Source of the DNA: a virus
IMG/VR virus record: IMGVR_UViG_3300030419_003599
Location: 32,001 to 96,000 of that record
Direction: 5' to 3' (one strand)
Length of the DNA: 64,000 nucleotides
Shown one piece after another: positions 1 to 9,743 of this stretch. The notes below the pieces were generated by a model. The model had not been told where the DNA came from, did not search any database, and was given only the letters and a program-made list of their open reading frames with translations. The first letter of the stretch is position 1, and every line of letters starts with the position of its first letter. The translations under genes and the position numbers were made by a program.

Positions 1-2
1 TA

Positions 3-1103
3 GAGCGCTATTATTATGGCGCCGGGAACGCAATGGGCTACTCCTACAGTGGCTCTGAACTATTGAAGGCTGATGCTCCACTAATGAGCACAACTGCTGG
101 TACTTACCAAGCAATTTATGGCCGCAAGGTTTGGTCGCAACTAAACCAAGAGTTCAATGCTTTTAGCATTCTACCTAAGAAGCCTTGGGACCGAAGTGGA
201 TGGCGTATCATTACTGCCAAGCCTTCCTTCACTAAGGGCGGCGGTGTTGCAGAGAATGCTACACTACCTGACACAACCAAGCCAACATTCCTACATGTTG
301 CAGCCAAGCCAAAGACCGTTGCTCACACATTTGACATGAGTGAAGTAGCAATCTTCCTAGCAGACAAAGATGACGGTATGGGTGACATCCGCCAAGTCCT
401 CAAAGAGGAAATGGGCAAGCATCACGCAGACCATGTAAATCGTATGCTACTTGAAGATGTAGATACTCCAGCAGGTAACGATTACGAATCATTGGACCGT
501 ATTACATCTGACCCTGACAACATGACAACTGGTACTACGCATGTAAGCGCAACTACTGACCACGATATGTACTCTATTACTCGTGATGGTAGTGTAGGCT
601 TCCACAGCGCAGAAGTTAGTGTTGATTCAAGCAGTACTAACCGCAACCTCAGTCTTGACCACCTAGATACCATCTTCCAGCAAGTTTGGACTCGTGGTGG
701 TAATCCAAAGGTCATGATGACTGGATATGATACACTAATGAGAATCCAGCAACTACTACAGACCCAGCAGAGGTTCATGGAAGAGAAGAGAGTCGTACCT
801 ACCTTCAACGGTGTAAAGGGTGTCCCCGGTATAGAAGCCGGATTCGTGGTCGCTACTTACAACGGTGTTCCAATTATTCCAACCAAAGACATGCAAACAG
901 ACGGCATCAGTCGTATCTACTTCCTTGATACTGACTATGTATGGTTTAGCACTGCAATACCAACTCAATACTATGAAAGCGGAATTGAGACCGGAGACCC
1001 ATTCGGAATCAACAGGCTTGGCCAAGAAGGACTCTACCGAACCATGGGTGAAGTATGGTGCTCTTTCTTCGGAGGACAAGGGAGTGTGCGTGACCTACAG
1101 TGA
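3..1103 (+). CDS. Major capsid protein (HK97-fold, magrovirus/halovirus-like), 5'-truncated
   Basis: The frame is open from position 3 (ERYYYGAGNA before MGYSYSG), so the true start lies upstream of the window. The sequence resembles archaeal tailed-virus MCPs (YGRKVWSQLNQE, YNGVPIIP, IYFLDTDY), and it heads the structural block. Confidence 0.85.
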   Translation, partial: ERYYYGAGNAMGYSYSGSELLKADAPLMSTTAGTYQAIYGRKVWSQLNQEFNAFSILPKKPWDRSGWRIITAKPSFTKGGGVAENATLPDTTKPTFLHVAAKPKTVAHTFDMSEVAIFLADKDDGMGDIRQVLKEEMGKHHADHVNRMLLEDVDTPAGNDYESLDRITSDPDNMTTGTTHVSATTDHDMYSITRDGSVGFHSAEVSVDSSSTNRNLSLDHLDTIFQQVWTRGGNPKVMMTGYDTLMRIQQLLQTQQRFMEEKRVVPTFNGVKGVPGIEAGFVVATYNGVPIIPTKDMQTDGISRIYFLDTDYVWFSTAIPTQYYESGIETGDPFGINRLGQEGLYRTMGEVWCSFFGGQGSVRDLQ

Positions 1104-1139
1104 GGGCACATGGAGACAAATGAAAAGGAGTGATTAAAA

Positions 1140-1547
1140 ATGCCAGCAGCAACACACAGAGGAGTAACTTATACAACGAGCGGAAGCGCCACTATTGCAG
1201 TGGACTTAGACTTGCCCCTATGGGCAGGCGTAGACCAAGATGATACATCATGGCTAACATCCTACCCGGGTGCTTTGACTTCATTCTCAGCACGACAGAC
1301 CGATGGTACAAACAGAATGCAACCAAGGCTAGTTTGCTTGACGCTTGGTGCAGTGGCAAACGCAGAAACGCTTACCTTGAGTGGCGAATGCAACGCCATT
1401 CTCGGGATGATGTGTCACGGTCAAGACACTACGGCCAACCTCGCTCTTACCGTGAGTGGTCTTGTTGTAACCGCAACTTGCGACCAGACGACCGACGGGA
1501 CGACCAACGACACCAGCAACGCATCCGTTTGGCTACTCGTGGCTTGA
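1140..1547 (+). CDS. Putative capsid decoration/virion protein
   Basis: RBS GGAGTGA upstream; Thr/Ala-rich 135 aa directly after the MCP. Confidence 0.5.
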   Translation: MPAATHRGVTYTTSGSATIAVDLDLPLWAGVDQDDTSWLTSYPGALTSFSARQTDGTNRMQPRLVCLTLGAVANAETLTLSGECNAILGMMCHGQDTTANLALTVSGLVVTATCDQTTDGTTNDTSNASVWLLVA

Positions 1548-1558
1548 GGTGGTTCACA

Positions 1559-1993
1559 GTGCCTACTGTGACCTTCTTGGGGCCATTTGCTGAAAGGCGG
1601 TCCCCTTGCGGTACAGCAGAAGATTTCGGTCGCATGAAGCCTAGGCAAGTCACACAAGCGTGGTTAGACCAATGGCGCAGAAGGCTACCTAGTAGCCACT
1701 GGCGAATTGAAGGCGATGAAATCCAACAAGATGATTCAAGTGAAGTAACAGGCACGCCTGATTCTACTTGGACTCGTAAAGAGATAATAGCATGGTTAGA
1801 AGCCTATGATTCAAGTCCCGGTCGTTATGCGACCAAGACGCAACTTCTTGATATAGCAGACGCTTTATTAAATCCTGACCGAGTTAATGAAGTCCAAGAC
1901 CTTGTAGAAGAGCCTGCGGTAGAAGAAGAAAAAATAGATGAAGAGGGAAACATTGATGAAGTCCCTCCATCTGACCCGAAGCAACTGGAGTGA
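1559..1993 (+). CDS. Hypothetical protein with HeH/SAP-like helix-extension-helix segment and acidic tail
   Basis: Start moved to GTG at 1559 (GAGGTG RBS; in frame with the 1250 ORF). Motif WTRKEIIAWLE...ATKTQLLDIA. Confidence 0.6.
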   Translation: MPTVTFLGPFAERRSPCGTAEDFGRMKPRQVTQAWLDQWRRRLPSSHWRIEGDEIQQDDSSEVTGTPDSTWTRKEIIAWLEAYDSSPGRYATKTQLLDIADALLNPDRVNEVQDLVEEPAVEEEKIDEEGNIDEVPPSDPKQLE

Positions 1994-1998
1994 CTTAA

Positions 1999-2535
1999 AT
2001 GGCAGCAGGAAATACAACAGATACACGAGTGCATGTAATGGGCGACCTTTACATGATGACAGGAACTTTCACAGACGGCGGAATAGATGTACCTTATGGG
2101 GACCATCTATCTAGCGTTTTGGCGGCAGGCGGACACCTAACAAGCAATTACAATACAGGCGTCCGTATCAATAATGGCGCTGGATATGCAGCAGGTGAAA
2201 CTGGTGCTATGACTGTAGATACTATTGATATCAGATTGCATTTCAGTGTTGGTGACACACTATACAATGCATCAGGTGTGAGACTCGGAACTATTACAGC
2301 AATCGGTAGCGCAACTTCTGTCACTGTTGGTGGCGGCCTTCTTGTGGCAGTCGCTGATAATGATTTCATCCACAAGTTGGGAGCATTTAATCCAGCAGTC
2401 ACGCTCCAAAACGGAACACTTGATGTCGCTATTGATGAAACCGCCAAATATGTAGTATTCGGCCTAGGTAATGAAGGCGCAACAAGCACAGCATCTACCC
2501 ACGATGGTCGTTGGTGGATTCTTGGAACACGCTGA
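1999..2535 (+). CDS. Virion structural protein with beta-rich inserted module
   Basis: RBS GGAGTGA; Gly/Thr-rich; internal module shared with the tail tube protein (see findings). Confidence 0.55.
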   Translation: MAAGNTTDTRVHVMGDLYMMTGTFTDGGIDVPYGDHLSSVLAAGGHLTSNYNTGVRINNGAGYAAGETGAMTVDTIDIRLHFSVGDTLYNASGVRLGTITAIGSATSVTVGGGLLVAVADNDFIHKLGAFNPAVTLQNGTLDVAIDETAKYVVFGLGNEGATSTASTHDGRWWILGTR

Positions 2536-2550
2536 TGGGGGTGAAGCCCC

Positions 2551-3042
2551 ATGGCGCTACCAGCAATTACAGCACAGATATACCGGTTCCCACCTAATGG
2601 ACCATATGATACTGGCCTATCTGTAAAAACTGCTGTAACTATCAATGCTAGTGGTACTTCTAGTGTTGTCACACAAGATGCTGCTCATGCCGCAACTGAT
2701 TTCACTACAGCCAATGCGAATGGGATACTGAACCCTAATGCTAAAGCCAATAGTGCAACTCGCCTATATGTCAAAAACTCGGAAGTAAGTTTGGACGGAT
2801 TAGGCTATACTTACATTGGTCATGTTAGTGCTACAAATACAGGCGCTGACCCAGAAACTTTTACATTAACAGAAGCGGCTTCTTGTACTATCCCGATAGG
2901 AGCCAAGTTATATTCGCATACTTTCGCTCCTATGTTAAATGGACGCATTTTGGATGTTTTCGCTGGAGCCTCATCTGCGGTGACAGGGATAGAGGTATCT
3001 GAAGCGCGTGGCGAAATAGTAGTATCTGTGAATTATGCATGA
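2551..3042 (+). CDS. Putative virion structural protein
   Basis: RBS GGGGTGA; Ala/Thr/Ser-rich; located in the structural operon. Confidence 0.5.
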   Translation: MALPAITAQIYRFPPNGPYDTGLSVKTAVTINASGTSSVVTQDAAHAATDFTTANANGILNPNAKANSATRLYVKNSEVSLDGLGYTYIGHVSATNTGADPETFTLTEAASCTIPIGAKLYSHTFAPMLNGRILDVFAGASSAVTGIEVSEARGEIVVSVNYA

Positions 3043-3346
3043 GAGTGATATCATGGAAAAGGCTGTTTTAGACGCAAAAGAAATAATGCGCCTTGAACAG
3101 CGCGGTATCCGTTTAGCAGAAGCCCGAGGAGAAGGCACTGTAGTAGATGAAGACCGTCCCCTCAAAGGTGTGACACACAAACAGCGCGTTCGCAATTCTA
3201 ATGCTAAAGATATCTTGAATATCAGTAGTGGCACACGCTGTACTAATTGCGGTCTACTCTATTTTTGTTGGACTGAAAACTGCTCTGCTTGTGGCAAACA
3301 AATGGATTTCAATTTAGGACATCGTGATGAGGGGGCTCGCCTATGA
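3035..3346 (+). CDS. Zinc-ribbon protein
   Basis: CTNCG...CSACG motif. Confidence 0.65.
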   Translation: MHESDIMEKAVLDAKEIMRLEQRGIRLAEARGEGTVVDEDRPLKGVTHKQRVRNSNAKDILNISSGTRCTNCGLLYFCWTENCSACGKQMDFNLGHRDEGARL

Positions 3347-3912
3347 GTATGATTCTCGTTAAGATGCCTGTGCGCCCTGACCGCCAGCGTGTGTTGGTAG
3401 GTGAAGAAGGCGCTGAAACAGATATGCGTTTAAGGCAATGGGCTAACAAGAAAGCCTTTGCGGAAGGGCTGACTGGTGAAGCAGCAGCCGCTCGCCGTGA
3501 TGAACTTATGCGAGAAGCCGTAAAAGATGCAGGTAAGCACGGACTTACTTTCATGGATGACCCAATTCCTTTTGATGTTGATGACGAAAAAGACCCTGAC
3601 GCTTGGATGGGAGACGAAAGCCCCAAACACTTTGAAAATATGAAAGAGCAGGGCTACCCGAAAGGCGGACCCCCTGAAGGACCATTTATCGGTGAAGGAG
3701 ACGAGCCTCCTGAAGGAGCATCAATGGCTGACGATGGCTCTTGGTACAATCTTGATGATGGTGACCCCAAAGTCCAACAATGGCAATCATCCAAGACGAA
3801 AAAACCACTCCCTACAGGTCAAACTTCTTTAGATGATTTCGCCCCAAAATCCTTTGACCCGCATCCCGGAGACGCAATGTTGAAGGCTGTCCGTGCGCGC
3901 TTGGGATGGTGA
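3343..3912 (+). CDS. Hypothetical protein with PIP-box-like QTSLDDF
   Basis: ATGA overlap with the upstream gene; acidic, Pro-rich; QxxLxxF near the C-terminus. Confidence 0.55.
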   Translation: MSMILVKMPVRPDRQRVLVGEEGAETDMRLRQWANKKAFAEGLTGEAAAARRDELMREAVKDAGKHGLTFMDDPIPFDVDDEKDPDAWMGDESPKHFENMKEQGYPKGGPPEGPFIGEGDEPPEGASMADDGSWYNLDDGDPKVQQWQSSKTKKPLPTGQTSLDDFAPKSFDPHPGDAMLKAVRARLGW

Positions 3913-3923
3913 GGGGATGAGGC

Positions 3924-5531
3924 ATGCCTGTAGTATTTTCACCCGGCGAAGTTGAAGTTAGACCTTTACGGCCCGATGAAACAATCTATACTACCGCCCA
4001 GCGTGTTGCTGATTTACTTGAGATAGGCAAGCCCGAAGCAGTGGCTATTAGCGCCGCTTCTGTATCTGATGGCGTTTATGTAACCGGTGCTGATTATCGT
4101 AGCCACGGTTTTTCGGTAGGAGATAGCATCCTCATTTACAGTGACGCTGCACCTCTTGGTGTAACTAAAACAATAACTGCTATCTCAGACGGAGGTTCTA
4201 GTGGAGTTAAATTAGTATTCACTGGCGCTTTCACTCATGCTAATTTTGATTATGCTAATGATAACACCTTTGTGCAAAACCAAGCATCTTTCACTGACCG
4301 TACAGGTAGTGGTGTGACTAAGGCTAAAGTGGATAGACTCATCTTGCGCGCTCAAGACATCATTGATAACAAGACTCATAATGCTTGGAGACCTTATTTG
4401 GTCGTCTCTGAATACCTTAATTTTGATACCTATAAGCCGTATAGACGCAGATATTATACTGATTATGTAGGTACTGCTCCCCTCTTATTCCGTAATGTAC
4501 AACAGATGCTACGATTAGAATTGTGGCAAGGAGACGATTACAGAGAAGTTGGGTCAGCAGAAGCCCGTATAACAATAGGTGACCATGCCGCTTTAGGTAG
4601 TGATGGTGTGTATTTATGCCCCGGTGGTGGAGGTGTTTTCAGTCTAACTGTAGGTACAACTACTAGTACATGGAATAATGCCTTTGATAAAATGAGCGCA
4701 GTCCAACAATTGGCTGATTTGATTAACAAAGACTCAAGAAAGGGCAAGACCGCTGTAGCGGCTAGTCCCTCTTTTACAATGGAGGACGCCTCTCAGTCAG
4801 ATGGGACTCGTACTGTTTATGTAAATGACGAGTTCCTCGCTAGCGCCAATTCTGATTATGGGAGAGGTGTTGTAAAAATCACTAGCATGAGAGATGGCGC
4901 TGCAGGGGAGACCTGTTCCATAGCGACTAGTGACCTCACCAATATAGAAATCAGCCAAACTACTACACAAACTACTACAAGTACAAGTGTGTCTTCTACT
5001 ACAGTCAATGTGGCTAGCACAGCAGGTTTTGCGTCATATGGATTAATTATGGTTGGTTCTGGCACTAGTGTAGAGGTTTTATCCTATACTGGGAAAACTG
5101 CTACATCTTTTACTGGATGCGCAAATGTAGTAGGCAGTCCGCTAACTACACTCAACTCAAGTGGTACAACTGCCTTCCAATATCTTATGTCTATAGATTT
5201 CCAAGGCGGGAGTGCTGTTGGAGACAAAGCCCGATTACGAGATTGGTGGATTGATACAGAGATGGGTATCATTTATTTCAACAATTCATACCCCTTCTTT
5301 GAGTGGAATGCAATAAAAGCATCTTATATCTATGGGGAGAGATATGTTGAGAAAGCAATTGAAGATGTTTGTACTAAGATGGTAGCCATTGAATTACTGA
5401 TGAGTGATGACCGTTCAGTATTAATTCCAGAAGGTACTCAAAATGTGGATTTGACTTCCAAGATTCAATTATGGCAAAAGGATATTGATACCACATTACC
5501 GAGATATCGTGAAGTGGTGGTGTTTGAGTAA
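3924..5531 (+). CDS. Head-tail adaptor/neck protein with inserted beta-rich domains
   Basis: YTTAQRVADLL...ILRAQDIIDNKT and a C-terminal YIYGERYVEKAIEDVCTKMVAIEL resemble gp6/gp15-type adaptors; position between head and tail genes. Confidence 0.6.
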   Translation: MPVVFSPGEVEVRPLRPDETIYTTAQRVADLLEIGKPEAVAISAASVSDGVYVTGADYRSHGFSVGDSILIYSDAAPLGVTKTITAISDGGSSGVKLVFTGAFTHANFDYANDNTFVQNQASFTDRTGSGVTKAKVDRLILRAQDIIDNKTHNAWRPYLVVSEYLNFDTYKPYRRRYYTDYVGTAPLLFRNVQQMLRLELWQGDDYREVGSAEARITIGDHAALGSDGVYLCPGGGGVFSLTVGTTTSTWNNAFDKMSAVQQLADLINKDSRKGKTAVAASPSFTMEDASQSDGTRTVYVNDEFLASANSDYGRGVVKITSMRDGAAGETCSIATSDLTNIEISQTTTQTTTSTSVSSTTVNVASTAGFASYGLIMVGSGTSVEVLSYTGKTATSFTGCANVVGSPLTTLNSSGTTAFQYLMSIDFQGGSAVGDKARLRDWWIDTEMGIIYFNNSYPFFEWNAIKASYIYGERYVEKAIEDVCTKMVAIELLMSDDRSVLIPEGTQNVDLTSKIQLWQKDIDTTLPRYREVVVFE

Positions 5532-5929
5532 TGGTTCGTATTGGTTTCAGAAACTTCAAACTTGACCCAAAGTTCAATCCTGAAGATTGGGAAGAAGACA
5601 TGATAAGGCTTGACCCTCAATCTAAAATGGCTGTCACTGACCTCCGCGAAACAATGGATATTACCTTCAATCCTAAAGACATGGGAGAACTCTTAACAAA
5701 AATGCAGAATGAACCTCTTGAATTACGCGAACGATTTATGCGCATTGAAGCAGAGGCAGAGGGTTTTGAGTCTGACGGGAAAGGAGGATATACAGACAAT
5801 GGTAAAAAAATGACTCCTGCTCAGGAAAAACGCTTTCAAAGAAAAATAGACCGTCTAATGGTTTTGCGCAATCCCCATCTAAGTGACTTCCCTTCATATA
5901 TACAAAAAGTACTAAGGGAGCGTGCTTAA
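5531..5929 (+). CDS. Hypothetical neck-region protein
   Basis: TAATG coupling with the upstream gene; no recognised motif. Confidence 0.5.
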   Translation: MVRIGFRNFKLDPKFNPEDWEEDMIRLDPQSKMAVTDLRETMDITFNPKDMGELLTKMQNEPLELRERFMRIEAEAEGFESDGKGGYTDNGKKMTPAQEKRFQRKIDRLMVLRNPHLSDFPSYIQKVLRERA

Positions 5930-5930
5930 A

Positions 5931-6380
5931 ATGACAGCGACATGGAAAGAGACAATCCCCTTACTGACAGATTTACTAGAAGATGGTTGGAATAGAGCCA
6001 ATACAGACAACATCAAACCAGTCATCCAAGATATATCCGAAACATCACCTGAAAAAGGTAAGCGTTTGGATTTGCGTAGGCATGATTATGTTCTCATTTA
6101 TGAGACTGCTCACAACGAAGAAGCGCCTGAATTATTCTATGATTTCGTGACAACTAGGGTCAATTTGACTGTAGATATGCGTACCGATAAAGGCAGAAGC
6201 CGCCTCTATAAAATGGAGAACGAACTCAGGCGAGTTGTACATACTAATCGTAAGGGAGATGGCACTAATTTTGACCGCCTTTTATTCAAAGTACGGACAG
6301 ATTTGAGTGATAGAACCAAACATTTGCACCGTTTCACTTTCCAAATTGAGGTTATTACCTTTGCGGAGTTGATTCCATGA
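5931..6380 (+). CDS. Putative tail terminator/completion protein
   Basis: ~150 aa directly before the tail tube; alpha/beta pattern ending HRFTFQIEV. ATG at 5931 preferred. Confidence 0.55.
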   Translation: MTATWKETIPLLTDLLEDGWNRANTDNIKPVIQDISETSPEKGKRLDLRRHDYVLIYETAHNEEAPELFYDFVTTRVNLTVDMRTDKGRSRLYKMENELRRVVHTNRKGDGTNFDRLLFKVRTDLSDRTKHLHRFTFQIEVITFAELIP

Positions 6381-6427
6381 TAATCGCTACCTTTACAGGC
6401 TGGGCGGGAATGGGAGTGTGAGAGCGC

Positions 6428-8968
6428 ATGCCATCTACAGTGTATAAGGGAGACCTCGCAGAGGTCACATTAGGTCATGAAAGTGGTTTATATTTAGAGC
6501 ATGGAGCATGGGGAACCCTTACTTTCACGGTGTCAGCAGGAACTGGAGATTCTTCTATTTTGACTTTTTCTGGAACAAGTAGTCACGCTGCTAGTTATCT
6601 TTTTGACAGTAGTCACAGATTAAAGTATCCTACTAATATGCTTGTAGGAGCCCGTCTTATTGTAAAAGGTGGCGGAAATTATGGAGATGATGATTTTGAA
6701 TCTACAGGCAGAGAATACACAATTATCGCTAACAGTCTTACTACAATTACTGTGTCCCCTGCTATGAAAACAAGTGCAACTACAGCATCTACCGCAGGCG
6801 ATGTTCTTATTATCCCATCTTTTGGTGTGCCTTCTCCAGATGTAACTAATACTGATTATACAGCAGGAACAACTGCAAAGTTGGCTAAAGAATCATTACT
6901 TACAGACCAATTCATTGGAATCGCTGCTACAGTAGCACTACCTGAGACTAAGGTAGATTTGAAGCGTTACCATGTAGTTGGTGTCGGTAGAGATGTCGTA
7001 GTGCAGGCTCCGGGCAAGTTCACCAACGAAGGAGGCTCTATGGAACTCATGATGAATAATGCCCGATGGCTTCATTATTGTTTAGGGAAAACAGTATCAA
7101 GACCTAACCATAAAGCAGATTTTTATAATTGTGTAGATAAAATTGGAACAGCACTTGATGCGGGTCAAAATTATATTGATTTAACTACAACAACTAATAT
7201 TAAAACTTCGGCGGGTAATGACCTTGCAGTAGGTCATTATGTGTATATTAGAGATAATAATGCAGGTGGGTCTGGTGGCAATTTGTTACCAGTACATCAA
7301 CACCGAGAAGATGATTTATCTGTCGCAGGCACAGTAAGTAGCACACCTACATATTTTGGTTATACAGGAACAGAGGCGGGGAGTGATAATGGAGTAAGCC
7401 ATGATGCTCCTCATTTTAATGCTACTGGGCGCAGTGAGTTAAGGAGAATAGTAGCAATTGATACTGATAATCATAGGATTTATTTAGACTCCCCTCTTTC
7501 TTTTTCACATGCCGCTTCTGCTACTGGAGTAACAAATGATGGAGGAGATGCAGCATCGGTTGGCACAGTAGATATGGACACTGGTGGTACAGATGCTACA
7601 CTAAGTTTTTCACCCGGTGATGAAATATTTAATGCAGATGGAAGTTTGCTTGGTATCGCTAATACTGTTGTTGCTGCTGATATACAATTTCATGCAGATG
7701 ATGGTGGTTTGAGAATTGCTGTTGCTAATACTGATGTATTACATTCTTCAAGTCTCAATTTCCTTGAGTTTAATTCTACTGTAAGTCCATCAAGCCACAC
7801 TGCTACTGCTATGAAGTTTGCAGCATCCTATACAGCGTCTCATGCAAGTGCTATGAATGTTGATACTACACTGCCCGGCACATTTTTGACTATTGGTACA
7901 TCTCTTTTTAATAGTGCAGGAGTATTATTAGGAGAAGTGACCGCATTTGATGGTGTTAGTGGCACAAACACAGTCACAATTGGTGGGGGCTTAAAGGTAG
8001 ATGTAGCCAATAACGATGATATATATTGGATGGCTAGCCCACATATTAGTTCTGACGGGCACCTTTCTGACCCAGTAGAGCATTTAATTTTCAGTCAAGA
8101 TACTATCCCTTCATTTTCATTAGAAACCTCTATGCGTACCCGTAATGTAGGAGCGTATAATCAAGAAGATGCTACTAATGCACCGGGAAGCGCTACTGAT
8201 GCTAAAATATTAACTAGAGTATTCCGTGGTTGTAAAGTGAAGGATTGGTCGCTTTCCGCTGATACTGATGCGGCTCTAAAATTAGGAGTTAATTTTGATG
8301 CAGCACTATGTTATACTGATACCGGGCGATTAGAAGCAACAGCAGCAAATCGTGGCGACCGATTACAAGCACATAGAATGTTTGAAAATACCGCTAATAC
8401 ATTAGAAGCGCGCAAAGAATCTGGTATTGCTCAATATGGGCAAAAGCCATATTTCTTTTACAATGGCACACTTACTGTTGGTGGAGTAGCAATAGCACAA
8501 GTAACTAACTTTACTCTAAGCGGAAGCACTGGTGTAACTTATCATCACACAATACGCGGGACGCCCGCAGCGACTACTACAGGCTTGACAGGAGCAGCAG
8601 GGCATGTATTATCCACAGACCAAGTACCATTTGGTGGTAGTCGCAATGCTTCCTTTGCAGTTGAAGGGAAACAAACTTTTGACTTGAGTATGGAAGTCAT
8701 TGTAGATGACCCAATCTTTTGGCATCACATGAGAACTACAACTGAGTTTAATAATGTGCATGGGGCTAATGCGGATGGTATAGTATTGAAATTACAAAAA
8801 CAAGGGGCAGGGGCAGTACGAGAGCGTATGACAATAGTAATAGATGATTTCTTTATTACAGAAGCACCTTTACCAATTCCAGAAGATAAAGGAGTAGTTC
8901 GCAGTAGTCTTAAAATTGCCCCAAAACATGTACGCGTATTAGCCACTGATGCAATATATGACTATTGA
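6428..8968 (+). CDS. Major tail (tube) protein with inserted decoration domains
   Basis: Tube-like segments (GKFTNEGGSMELMM...LHYCLG; FRGCKVKDWSLS; QVTNFTLSG; GKQTFDLSMEV) interrupted by Thr/Gly-rich inserts; precedes the chaperone and TMP. Confidence 0.65.
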   Translation: MPSTVYKGDLAEVTLGHESGLYLEHGAWGTLTFTVSAGTGDSSILTFSGTSSHAASYLFDSSHRLKYPTNMLVGARLIVKGGGNYGDDDFESTGREYTIIANSLTTITVSPAMKTSATTASTAGDVLIIPSFGVPSPDVTNTDYTAGTTAKLAKESLLTDQFIGIAATVALPETKVDLKRYHVVGVGRDVVVQAPGKFTNEGGSMELMMNNARWLHYCLGKTVSRPNHKADFYNCVDKIGTALDAGQNYIDLTTTTNIKTSAGNDLAVGHYVYIRDNNAGGSGGNLLPVHQHREDDLSVAGTVSSTPTYFGYTGTEAGSDNGVSHDAPHFNATGRSELRRIVAIDTDNHRIYLDSPLSFSHAASATGVTNDGGDAASVGTVDMDTGGTDATLSFSPGDEIFNADGSLLGIANTVVAADIQFHADDGGLRIAVANTDVLHSSSLNFLEFNSTVSPSSHTATAMKFAASYTASHASAMNVDTTLPGTFLTIGTSLFNSAGVLLGEVTAFDGVSGTNTVTIGGGLKVDVANNDDIYWMASPHISSDGHLSDPVEHLIFSQDTIPSFSLETSMRTRNVGAYNQEDATNAPGSATDAKILTRVFRGCKVKDWSLSADTDAALKLGVNFDAALCYTDTGRLEATAANRGDRLQAHRMFENTANTLEARKESGIAQYGQKPYFFYNGTLTVGGVAIAQVTNFTLSGSTGVTYHHTIRGTPAATTTGLTGAAGHVLSTDQVPFGGSRNASFAVEGKQTFDLSMEVIVDDPIFWHHMRTTTEFNNVHGANADGIVLKLQKQGAGAVRERMTIVIDDFFITEAPLPIPEDKGVVRSSLKIAPKHVRVLATDAIYDY

Positions 8969-8977
8969 GGTGAAAGA

Positions 8978-9406
8978 ATGCCTAGAACCTACATGAATCC
9001 TAGTGCTGCTCGTAAAATACAAAAGCAAGTTGAACCCAAGTGGGTAGAAACTGCCAAAGAGGTTCTTGACGAAAAAAGCACCGAAGTATTTGACCCTGAA
9101 GCAGGTAAGGTAACTGATGACCCTTTTAACAATGAACTTACTTCTGATGGTTATGATGACATGACTGTAGCACAACTCAAGGAGATTCTTCAAGAAGAAG
9201 GGCTCTCCACTAAAGGCAAGAAAGCGGACCTCATAGCCCGTCTTCGTATGCCTGTATCCGATTCCACCGAAGCCCCCGCAGAAGCGGCTGTTGAGGAGGA
9301 GCAGGTAGCCCCCGTTGAAGAAACGGCTGTTGCCGATGAAAACCCCGAGGAGGGGAATGTAAGTGAGTCAGAGGAGAGTAGCGAACAAGAGCCAGTTATT
9401 GAATAG
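8978..9406 (+). CDS. SAP-domain DNA-binding protein
   Basis: Canonical SAP motif YDDMTVAQLKEILQEEGLSTKGKKADLIARL; RBS GAGGTGA; acidic tail. Confidence 0.8.
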   Translation: MPRTYMNPSAARKIQKQVEPKWVETAKEVLDEKSTEVFDPEAGKVTDDPFNNELTSDGYDDMTVAQLKEILQEEGLSTKGKKADLIARLRMPVSDSTEAPAEAAVEEEQVAPVEETAVADENPEEGNVSESEESSEQEPVIE

Positions 9407-9743
9407 CCAGAATGTGCAAAAGCATGAAGTCCAAGTGGACCCGAACGATTCGGAAGTCATAATGGAAGTCTGGGTTAAGGAATTAACCTTTCTTGATATC
9501 CAGCGTGCAGCCCAAGAGATGATTATCATCCAAGAAGGGGGTGACCTCGGATTTTCATTAGAAGGCTATTGGAGGCACGCTTTCAGTCATTGGGTCACTA
9601 GAACAAACCCTGAACTTAGCGCTAATGAACTCCTTGAACTCAGTGGATATGCCGGTGATAAGTTAGCCGCTATTCTTCCTCAACCCAATGACCTTGTTGA
9701 GGCCATGCAGGGGGGGTTTCACAATCCCACAGAGACCGAGTAA
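9363..9743 (+). CDS. Tail assembly chaperone (gpG-like)
   Basis: Lies between tail tube and tape measure genes; ends at a G7 slippery run. Confidence 0.7.
   Translation: MSQRRVANKSQLLNSQNVQKHEVQVDPNDSEVIMEVWVKELTFLDIQRAAQEMIIIQEGGDLGFSLEGYWRHAFSHWVTRTNPELSANELLELSGYAGDKLAAILPQPNDLVEAMQGGFHNPTETE

Noticed and set aside
1250-1558. N-terminal extension of the 1250..1993 ORF
   Set aside because: Overlaps the 1140..1547 gene; a good RBS and GTG at 1559 give a better start.
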